Below, piece after piece: positions 48,828 to 56,532 of a stretch of 64,000 bases of DNA; position 1 is the first letter of the stretch, and the number at the start of each line of letters is the position of its first letter. Both the position numbers and the translations under genes were made by a program. This DNA is from Candidatus Daviesbacteria bacterium (GTDB lineage: Bacteria > Patescibacteriota > Microgenomatia > Daviesbacterales > UBA10151), in NCBI GenBank assembly GCA_016176335.1, contig JACOXI010000003.1, positions 6,920 through 70,919 on the forward strand, read 5' to 3'. The notes beneath the pieces are model-generated. The model did not search any database. It saw only the letters and a program-made list of their open reading frames with translations, and was not told the origin of the DNA.

Positions 48828-49847
48828 TCAGGAGAGTTTGCCTTGGCGGGCAAGAGAGACTTTTTTTGTAACTTCCAGGAAAGCTTTTTGGGCAGCAGGA
48901 ACATTTTTCTCTTTCCCAGCTCGCCTCGCTCCGCGGGCGGAGCGGGCCCAAATTTCCAAAGCCTCGCCTTGTAAGGCTCTGGCAAAAGAGAAAGATAATT
49001 GCCATGGCCCGCCTATGTTATTTATTGCCTGCAGATTATCTGTTGCCATATCAGCAGACTGACCTCCGGATAAAAATACCACTCCCGGAAGCTCTTTTGG
49101 CACTGATTCCAAAAGCGCATCAACTGTTGCCTTTGCCACCTCATCTGCTGTTGCCTGTTTGGGGTTGTCCTCACCGGCTGTGGCCATATTGGTTTTCAAC
49201 AGCAATCCTTCCAAGGCTACTTTATGAACATTAATCCTTTCAAAAACAGCCTTCAGAGTTTGAGCTGTAACTTGTGCGCACTTTTCCAAAGTGTGAGAAC
49301 CGCCTCTTATTACTTCCGGCTCAATAATTGGTACCAGTCCTGCATTTTGAGTGATGGCTGCATAACGGGCTAAAACCTCTGCATTTGCCTCCAAACAAGT
49401 CTGTGTTGGGATTTCCTCCCCTATGGTTATCACGGCTCTCCATTTGGCAAACTTGGCACCCATTTGGGCATATTCTTCCAACCTTCCTCGCAATCCATCC
49501 AATCCCTCGGTAATTTTTTCTGCCGGAAAATTAGCAAAATCTACCACTCCTTTATCCACTTTTATTCCAGGGATAATTCCTTTATTTTCCAGATATTTTG
49601 GCACAGATACTCCCTCAATCTCCTGTCTGATTGTTTCATCATAGAGGATTACTCCTGATAGAAATTGTTCCACCCCGGGAGTAGTAAAAAGCATGCTTCT
49701 GTAAGCTAAATTGGTTTGGGGGGTTGAGGTTAAGCCAATCTTATCAAACCTTTTTTGGATGGTTTTGGATGACTCATCAGCTGCCAGAATACCTTTGGTT
49801 GGATTAAGTAAAGCAGAAACTGTTTGTTTTAATTGGTTAATATCCAT
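48828..49847 (-). CDS. Class I fructose-bisphosphate aldolase
   Basis: KGILAADES, GIKVDKG, FAKWR, VPIIEPEV, FLSGGQ. Confidence 0.95.
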   Translation of the reverse strand: MDINQLKQTVSALLNPTKGILAADESSKTIQKRFDKIGLTSTPQTNLAYRSMLFTTPGVEQFLSGVILYDETIRQEIEGVSVPKYLENKGIIPGIKVDKGVVDFANFPAEKITEGLDGLRGRLEEYAQMGAKFAKWRAVITIGEEIPTQTCLEANAEVLARYAAITQNAGLVPIIEPEVIRGGSHTLEKCAQVTAQTLKAVFERINVHKVALEGLLLKTNMATAGEDNPKQATADEVAKATVDALLESVPKELPGVVFLSGGQSADMATDNLQAINNIGGPWQLSFSFARALQGEALEIWARSARGARRAGKEKNVPAAQKAFLEVTKKVSLARQGKLS

Positions 49848-50935
49848 TAATGATGTAATCGCTTTTCTATCTTTACACCACTCTGATCTACAGTCAAGGT
49901 AGTAACTTCATGCCCCCCTATAGTCCTGAGCGAAGTCGTACTTCGATTCCACTCAGTACGACCTCTTCGAGCCTGAGCGGCCTCAGAGCCGAAGGCCTGA
50001 GTATTAATCGAATGGGTCGAAGGATTTACCCTTACCCCTTTTAAATCAAACCATTTATCGTGAGTTATGGCAGAAATTGACACCAAACAATCTTCTACTT
50101 TTCCGGAAACCACATCACAAACATCCCAAATTTTTGTATATCTTTTGGCAATCCGGCTATCGCCGGACCAACCTCTTGTTTCACAAGCAGCTCCCAGTGC
50201 TTTTGCGGCAACAACTGCCATCACTCCTTCCTCAAATCCTCCAATACCCATGAGAATATGGATGCCTTTTTGATGGTTTTTGGGGGCCATGCACGATAAA
50301 ATTGAGGGCATAAAATCTCCGGCCTTAATTAAAATCAAATTCACTCCAAACTTTTGGCAACCATTTATATAGTGAGCATTTCTGTCCCTATCCATCGCCA
50401 CCACATTAATCTGGTGAGGCTCCACCTTAAATGTGTCCGCCACCTTTGCCAGATTTTCTTCCACGCTTTTGTTAAGAGAAATTTTCCCTTTGAGTTGAGG
50501 CGGGCCAAAAAGTTTGTCCATATAATCAATATCTGAAGGTGTTCCCATCAGGCCATTTTCTGACCCAACTGCAATCACAGAAACAGCTCCCGCAGAATTA
50601 AGTTTGGCAGCTTTTGAACCCTCAACAACATCATTTACGCAGTCTAGTTTTAAATCCCCCTTACCAAACACCCCTTCCAAAGTAGGCAATTTTTCTCCGT
50701 ATTGGTGGATATGTTTCCTTCCCTCACTGCCTACCACCCTTAAAACAAATTGTACATCCACCAAAGCTGTATACATGGCATCTGCACCTGCTTGATCAAT
50801 TAACCTTTCTCTTTTGATAGATTCCTCTTCAGTTAAAAGATCATCTTTGGAAAATCCTTGTTCATAAATAAGTTTGGAAACTGAAATTGCAGTTAATTCT
50901 GTGGCACGGGTGATGTATTTTTTAACCTGATCCAT
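49847..50935 (-). CDS. glpX: GlpX-like class II fructose-1,6-bisphosphatase (divergent)
   Basis: VVGSEG, DVVEGS, YMDKL, DRDRN, GIGGFEEGV; coupled to the aldolase gene. Confidence 0.75.
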   Translation of the reverse strand: MDQVKKYITRATELTAISVSKLIYEQGFSKDDLLTEEESIKRERLIDQAGADAMYTALVDVQFVLRVVGSEGRKHIHQYGEKLPTLEGVFGKGDLKLDCVNDVVEGSKAAKLNSAGAVSVIAVGSENGLMGTPSDIDYMDKLFGPPQLKGKISLNKSVEENLAKVADTFKVEPHQINVVAMDRDRNAHYINGCQKFGVNLILIKAGDFMPSILSCMAPKNHQKGIHILMGIGGFEEGVMAVVAAKALGAACETRGWSGDSRIAKRYTKIWDVCDVVSGKVEDCLVSISAITHDKWFDLKGVRVNPSTHSINTQAFGSEAAQARRGRTEWNRSTTSLRTIGGHEVTTLTVDQSGVKIEKRLHH

Positions 50936-51068
50936 GAGGTGAGACTACACTATCTTAACTCTTATTTTTTGTCAAACACAAATTCTTCGTGTATGGTGTC
51001 CAGGACGCTGTCTTAGAGTATAGTTTCAATGGAAAAGTTTTGACAACAGGTTAAAAGAATTTGTCAAT

Positions 51069-51809
51069 TTACATAGTTTTTGGAGAAGAGGAAGGTGGTT
51101 CAGTTTTTCGGCTGGCTCTTTCCATAATTTGGTTAGCAAATGCCTCTGAATCCCCTAATGGTTGTTCAAAACCCGTTATTCCAGCTTGAAAGTGGAACCA
51201 ACCTACTAATGTTTGTCTGGTTATTCTTTGTAGCTCTTTCTCTGGCACTACTCTTGGTTTTTTCAAAACCTCATACATTACCTGACCTTGGGCATTTTCT
51301 TCCCGCGCACCATGAAAATCTCTACGGTTTAAAACTGGAGTCATTTTAGCTAAAAATAAAAGCGGTATTAAATCGTTCCCAGCCCAGCCTGCTGCTGGTT
51401 GTTCACCAGAAGACGGGGCCAACCCACTGAGTGCTAATAATTTCATTATTACTCCTTCTCTAACTCTACCCCTAACACCTTCGAATTCTTCCCAAGCTCT
51501 TTTGATGTCTTCAGGAGGGTTTTCTGTTACCTGTAATAAAGCTACATCTAATCTTTTCTCAGCTTCTTGTAATGGTTGTGAATACTCTCTAGTTAATCTG
51601 TCCGATTCATTATCATTCCTCTCTTCTACAAGTTTACTGTATTTCGCTACTCCCCTGCCCAAATCTTCCATTATATGAGGTAGCTCTGCCATATCAGCAA
51701 TTTTTTCAGCTTGCGCTTGAGCCACAGATTTACCTTCAGCAATTCTTCTTGCTTCTTCAATTATATTTAGTCCACTGTCACCTTGAGGTTGATCTTCTTC
51801 TCCAGCCAT
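51069..51809 (-). CDS. Hypothetical protein
   Basis: 246-aa ORF, no motif recognised. Confidence 0.6.
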   Translation of the reverse strand: MAGEEDQPQGDSGLNIIEEARRIAEGKSVAQAQAEKIADMAELPHIMEDLGRGVAKYSKLVEERNDNESDRLTREYSQPLQEAEKRLDVALLQVTENPPEDIKRAWEEFEGVRGRVREGVIMKLLALSGLAPSSGEQPAAGWAGNDLIPLLFLAKMTPVLNRRDFHGAREENAQGQVMYEVLKKPRVVPEKELQRITRQTLVGWFHFQAGITGFEQPLGDSEAFANQIMERASRKTEPPSSSPKTM

Positions 51810-51855
51810 AATTATGTACTAATCCATTATGGGATACTAGAACAGGGATGTCAAA

Positions 51856-52176
51856 TTATATGTGGGCTGGTTTTGATGAATCTAGGGGTACAATCCTTAT
51901 TTCCAGCCTGGCTTTTAAGGCTTTGGTAATTTTTTCCAGAGTCTTCCAGGTATAACTTGTATAATCTGCAGACTCAATCCTGGCGATATTGGATTGCTTG
52001 GTGTGGATCAGTTTTGCCAGCTGAGTCTGGGTTAATCCAGCTTTTTTTCTAAGATCATAGACCTGAAAAGCAATATCCCAAGCTTGATCTGCCTTTTCAA
52101 ACTCCTCCTTTAAGGAAGGATTTTTTTTAAGTAGTTTCTCTGTCAGTCTATCTAAATCATCTTTTTTTCTTCTCAT
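51856..52176 (-). CDS. XRE/HigA-like HTH antitoxin
   Basis: GLTQTQLAKLIHTKQSNIARIE. Confidence 0.85.
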   Translation of the reverse strand: MRRKKDDLDRLTEKLLKKNPSLKEEFEKADQAWDIAFQVYDLRKKAGLTQTQLAKLIHTKQSNIARIESADYTSYTWKTLEKITKALKARLEIRIVPLDSSKPAHI

Positions 52177-52177
52177 A

Positions 52178-52231
52178 TTAACTCTCCCCTCTTTCCAACT
52201 CTTCCAAATAAAAAATAATCTCAAAATCCAT
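52178..52231 (-). pseudogene. Probable internally deleted RelE/HigB-like toxin remnant
   Basis: 17-aa ORF MDFEIIFYLEELERGES between promoter and antitoxin. Confidence 0.45.
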
Positions 52232-52235
52232 TTTA

Positions 52236-52263
52236 ATTATATCAAATTTGATATATTAGTCAA
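52236..52263 (-). promoter_or_regulatory. Promoter with 18-bp palindromic operator
   Basis: TTGACT-16-TATAAT; TATATCAAATTTGATATA at 52238-52255. Confidence 0.7.
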
Positions 52264-53466
52264 GTGGAGGATTTTCTTTTTAAATCTCTCTTTAGAAAAA
52301 TTTTGGGCATTTTTTCGCAAAGTTTCTGGATCAAACTGGCTTGGATCAAATTTTTGTAGAGCATCTACTAAAGCATCCACAGTTACCATCCCTGGCCCAC
52401 CATATAAAATACCAGTTGCCACTCGTCCTGAGCTCTTCGAGTCTGAGCCTGAGGGTTCATCCCTCAGAGTCGAATGACCTGTCGAAGGATCAATAACTGT
52501 TTCCAAAAAACCACCCGAAGCAGGAGCAATCACCGGAGTACCGGCAGCTTGAGCCTCAATTGAGGTGATGCCAAAATCCTCATCCTCTGCTGCCACAATT
52601 AGAGCCTTGGCATTTTGCAACAGCTTAACTCTTTCTTCATCACTCACCCATCCTAAGAAGGTGGTAGTTGGTAGGCCTTCAGCTCTGAGGCTCAGGCTCG
52701 AAGAGTTGTAGGTTGTAGCAAGCTTTTTAAGATTTTCCATCTCCGGGCCACTGCCTGCCACTTTTAATGGTAATCGCAATCTTCCACATGCTTCCACTAC
52801 CACATCTACTCCTTTCCCTCTTACTAATCTGCTTAATACTAAAAAGTAATCTTTTTCCCCTTTATACTTTATACTTGATACTTGATACTCTTTCAGATTC
52901 ACTGGCGGATAAATCACCACTGAGTCTCTTCTGTAGAACTTCTTGATCCTTGCCTGGACATTTTTGGAATTGGCCACCAAAATATCAGGGCGTTGCGAAA
53001 CTTCATAATCATAAATCCTCATAAAATGGTTAATTATCTCTCCTCCGATCCTAGTCCACCAATGCTTTTTATAGTTAAAAGAAGTCACATAGCCATATAA
53101 AAATCTGGGTGGGGTATGGATATAGCTGATATGTAAAGTTTCAGGTTTGGTAATGACCGCTTTGGCAAGATGGGTGGCTGATGAGGAAGAGATAACCACC
53201 TCATACTGTGATAAATCAAAGCTTTCAAACATCAACGGCCCAAAAATTCTAAAAGGAGAAAGAAGCTGATCAGCAAACGGGAATTTTTGAAACCAAGAAG
53301 GTCTAATATCCCAATCTTTGAATCTTTTCCCATTCTCCCCCATGGCAGAAAGATTCACATAAGCAGTATAGACAGGAGCATTGGGAAAAATTTCATGCAA
53401 GGCTTCCAGTACTCTCTCAGCACCCCCATATTCCTTCAAATAATCATGAGCTAAAGCAACTTTCAC
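52237..53466 (-). CDS. GT4 glycosyltransferase
   Basis: HDYL..GGAERVL, EDFGITSIEAQAAGTPVIA. Confidence 0.93.
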   Translation of the reverse strand: MKVALAHDYLKEYGGAERVLEALHEIFPNAPVYTAYVNLSAMGENGKRFKDWDIRPSWFQKFPFADQLLSPFRIFGPLMFESFDLSQYEVVISSSSATHLAKAVITKPETLHISYIHTPPRFLYGYVTSFNYKKHWWTRIGGEIINHFMRIYDYEVSQRPDILVANSKNVQARIKKFYRRDSVVIYPPVNLKEYQVSSIKYKGEKDYFLVLSRLVRGKGVDVVVEACGRLRLPLKVAGSGPEMENLKKLATTYNSSSLSLRAEGLPTTTFLGWVSDEERVKLLQNAKALIVAAEDEDFGITSIEAQAAGTPVIAPASGGFLETVIDPSTGHSTLRDEPSGSDSKSSGRVATGILYGGPGMVTVDALVDALQKFDPSQFDPETLRKNAQNFSKERFKKKILHLTNISNLI

Positions 53467-53487
53467 CCTTAAATTGTAGCAGATTGG

Positions 53488-53655
53488 CTATTTGTTTTGC
53501 CCAACTTGTTTTTTAAGTAGCTCTAGAGTATTTTTTTTAGCTTCTTCAATGCTTTGGCCAGAGGCTTTGGAAGCTTCATCAAAAGTTTTATTGGTGATAT
53601 TTTTGGGATTTCCCATATCATCATCAGGCATTCCACAACCGCAGTTGTAACACAT
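53488..53655 (-). CDS. 55-aa protein with MCYNCGCG N-terminus (below ORF-track cutoff)
   Basis: AAAGGAGGTG RBS; fills the intergenic gap. Confidence 0.75.
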   Translation of the reverse strand: MCYNCGCGMPDDDMGNPKNITNKTFDEASKASGQSIEEAKKNTLELLKKQVGQNK

Positions 53656-53678
53656 AAATTAACACCTCCTTTCAAATA

Positions 53679-54488
53679 TCAGACTGCTTTGGCTACCTTT
53701 ATCAATTGCCCAAAGCTTAATTTTGTTTGTCTTGCGTCAGGAGCTGCGGATGAGCCACAAAGTACCATATGATGGGATTGGTGTAAATACCAGGAAGCAG
53801 CAGGATCAATCTCTTTGGCCTTTTCATAGATTGGAGTTAAATCCAAAGTTTGGGATGGAGTGAAATATTGAACTGATTTGTATTTGGGATGGTAGATTAA
53901 AAACAAATCTCCACCCATCCTTTTGCAAAAAGGTCTGTCTATTGTTTCTGAATTTAGCGCGTAAGATTTGCCGAATTTGGATTCAAACTCAATCCTTCCT
54001 TCCCAATCCTTAATAGACTGTTGTTTCTTTTGCAATCCCTTCAAAATCCTATCTAAAATATCAGTACCCAAAATAACATCTTTTAAAGAACCCCTTTCTG
54101 TTGTATCTTTGCTTCTTATGAATGCCGGAACAGAAAATTCATCATATGCTTCAATTGGAATTGTTCCCGTATCAATTTTTTTATTCCAGTCCACCATTTC
54201 TGCCAAAGCCGGAGCAGTGATCTCATCCTTGGGCAGTAAATTTTCTTTTTTAAGATAGTCAAAAACCAGGCTGCCTGCGCAAGTGTTTAAACCTTCTTTG
54301 TGCTCATCAAACTTTCCCCCGCCTGTTCCCACAAAAACCCGGTCCTCTGTCTCCTGATCCGCCAGATTATGGGTAGCGGAAATAAATTCAATTTTTGCGC
54401 CAGCATATTTGGGATCATATTTTTTCAAAAGCCAAATGGCAAAAATATCATCCAAATGCGGGTTGATGTGTGTGACTAAGTTTTTCAT
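53679..54488 (-). CDS. MYG1/DHH-like metal-dependent hydrolase
   Basis: THINPHLDD, GGGKFDEH. Confidence 0.55.
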   Translation of the reverse strand: MKNLVTHINPHLDDIFAIWLLKKYDPKYAGAKIEFISATHNLADQETEDRVFVGTGGGKFDEHKEGLNTCAGSLVFDYLKKENLLPKDEITAPALAEMVDWNKKIDTGTIPIEAYDEFSVPAFIRSKDTTERGSLKDVILGTDILDRILKGLQKKQQSIKDWEGRIEFESKFGKSYALNSETIDRPFCKRMGGDLFLIYHPKYKSVQYFTPSQTLDLTPIYEKAKEIDPAASWYLHQSHHMVLCGSSAAPDARQTKLSFGQLIKVAKAV

Positions 54489-54491
54489 AAC

Positions 54492-54563
54492 AAGTGATTT
54501 ATGAACAATGATTTAAGATTATGAATTTTATCATAAATACAATCTTCTAAATCATAGATCAAT
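54492..54563. repeat. Inverted heptamer array, GATTTAT-type
   Basis: 29 nt identical to the reverse complement of 8899-8927. Confidence 0.75.
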
Positions 54564-54579
54564 TCTGTACTATGATAGT

Positions 54580-55464
54580 ATGGTTTATATTAAAAAGCTA
54601 GTCTTTGCCCCGCTTTTTCTTATTGTTTTTGCTTTTTTGATTTACCAGTCTGCACCTATTTTAAAATCTTATGAGGCCATATTTGCCCTTTCAACAACCG
54701 TCTTAATCAATTTAATCCTCATTTCAAGCTTAATTTGCCTTTCCAGCCTATCTTTTGTCATTTTCGCAACATTTGCCAATAACTGGAAATTTTCTTTGCC
54801 TATTGCCATATCAGCCTCATTCATGCCTATAATTTTGATAAATCAGCTTGCGGGGTTAATACTTTCTGTGGGATTTTTAGTAAGCTTTCTTATTACTCTT
54901 GTGATCCTGGACTCTTCTTTAAAAAAATATCTTGACTTTCAACCTGCATCTATTTTGGGGCCCCCCATAAAACAGTTGGCTGGACTCTTAATCATCTCCA
55001 TATCTTTGACCTATTTTGTCTCTGTCAACACCATCATCCAGCAACAAGGCTTTCAAATTCCTGATTCTCTGATTGATACTGCCTTAAAGTTTTCTGCTCC
55101 AACTACCCCTAATTCCCCCGACCTCCCACAGCTGTCCATCCCACCTGATCAATTAGAACTTTTAAAACAATCCGGATTGGATCCCAGTATTTTGGATAAT
55201 TTGAACTCCCCAAAAACCCAAAATACCCCAAACGACCTACTTAAACAAACAGTAAAAGACCAATTGCAAGGCTTGATAAAACCATATCAAGCTTTTGTAC
55301 CGGCAATTTTGGCAGTACTACTTTTCCTGACTCTCCAATCTCTAACCTCAATTCTCAATCTTCTCACTTATCCTCTGCTATGGCTCACTTTTTTTATTTT
55401 AGAAAAAAGTGGGTTTGTTAAATTTGTAACCGAACAAAGACCAGTTAAAAAACTGATGGTTTAA
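54580..55464 (+). CDS. Multi-pass membrane protein
   Basis: About six TM segments. Confidence 0.7.
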   Translation: MVYIKKLVFAPLFLIVFAFLIYQSAPILKSYEAIFALSTTVLINLILISSLICLSSLSFVIFATFANNWKFSLPIAISASFMPIILINQLAGLILSVGFLVSFLITLVILDSSLKKYLDFQPASILGPPIKQLAGLLIISISLTYFVSVNTIIQQQGFQIPDSLIDTALKFSAPTTPNSPDLPQLSIPPDQLELLKQSGLDPSILDNLNSPKTQNTPNDLLKQTVKDQLQGLIKPYQAFVPAILAVLLFLTLQSLTSILNLLTYPLLWLTFFILEKSGFVKFVTEQRPVKKLMV

Positions 55465-55469
55465 AGCTA

Positions 55470-56525
55470 CTAGTTACCTGTTAAGGTAAAATCACTTCTT
55501 GCAAACTGTGGTATTTTTGGTTGAATTCTCATTAGGTAATTTAATCTCCATCTATTACATAAAGTGTCAGCAAAATAATTTGTATGGCCTGGGTTAGGCT
55601 GTAAAACAGCTAGATTCTGAAAGGCTGAAAATATTTGACCCATATCTGGGACAAATGGATAATCCGTAGGAGCATCTTTCTTATACTGAAAATAATATTT
55701 AACTCGTTCCTCCCACATACTCCACCCAATAGGACGCCAGAGCCAGTCAGCTATATTTGATAGATAAATAACATTATTAGAATCTTTTAGTCCAGGCAGT
55801 CTACTAATGATTTCTAACAATGCAGGATCGAGAAAATCCTGTTGGACTACTGCAATATTGCCTTCTTGAGCCAACTTAACTAGCATATCGTGATATTTAT
55901 CCATAACTAATTCTGTGTCTACTTGTCTTTCTCCATTTCCATAAGCGCATTCGTAGTATTTACTAATTTTTTCACCTGAATACAACCTAGCTATCATCCC
56001 AACAGATCTACCGTATGAATCGAACGTTACTGATGAACCGCTCTTAACTACCTCTACAAAGTTTCTGGCATTTTTAACAGCTTCGGGGTCTGTATTTACC
56101 AATACAATCCCTTTCGGAGGAGAATCTTTTGGGAAAGTATCTAGAAGGGAGAAGATGTTTGACACCCCAACTCCTATTAAATAACCATTGGGAGGTAAAT
56201 CTGAAAGCATAACTGTTTCTAGTGTTCTGGGATCAATTCGTTCATTAGTGCTTGTAAACCCACTTGCTCCTTGTGACTCAAATTCCGGAGGCTTTAACCC
56301 CTTTCTGGCAATCTCTTCATCTATAAACTCTGCTATTCCAGACTGCTTAGGATATTCTTGCTCAGCAGATTGATCAGCAAGTGTTATTTTCTCTTCAGAG
56401 TGAGCTACTGTAGCCCTTTTTCTAAATTTATCTCTTATTCCTTCTAGAAAGTTCCTAAATCTTTGAGGTCTGTAGTTTGGTATTTGAGAAGCAGAACTAA
56501 TACCTTTACCAGCGGATGACTCCAT
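55470..56525 (-). CDS. Hypothetical protein, possibly Rossmann/methyltransferase-like
   Basis: LIGVG, VVQQDF and IYLSNIADW weakly suggest the fold. Confidence 0.55.
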   Translation of the reverse strand: MESSAGKGISSASQIPNYRPQRFRNFLEGIRDKFRKRATVAHSEEKITLADQSAEQEYPKQSGIAEFIDEEIARKGLKPPEFESQGASGFTSTNERIDPRTLETVMLSDLPPNGYLIGVGVSNIFSLLDTFPKDSPPKGIVLVNTDPEAVKNARNFVEVVKSGSSVTFDSYGRSVGMIARLYSGEKISKYYECAYGNGERQVDTELVMDKYHDMLVKLAQEGNIAVVQQDFLDPALLEIISRLPGLKDSNNVIYLSNIADWLWRPIGWSMWEERVKYYFQYKKDAPTDYPFVPDMGQIFSAFQNLAVLQPNPGHTNYFADTLCNRWRLNYLMRIQPKIPQFARSDFTLTGN

Positions 56526-56532
56526 AACTAAA

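Noticed and set aside
48787-49005. Alternative-frame ORFs at the aldolase end
   Set aside because: The aldolase frame is intact; the odd peptide is explained by the hairpin insert
50978-51064. 10-bp inverted repeat, possible small RNA upstream of glpX
   Set aside because: AT-rich, overlaps promoter-like hexamers, no second copy or recognisable motif
53554-53772. 72-aa plus-strand ORF
   Set aside because: Shadow of the RBS-supported 55-aa gene and its neighbour on the minus strand
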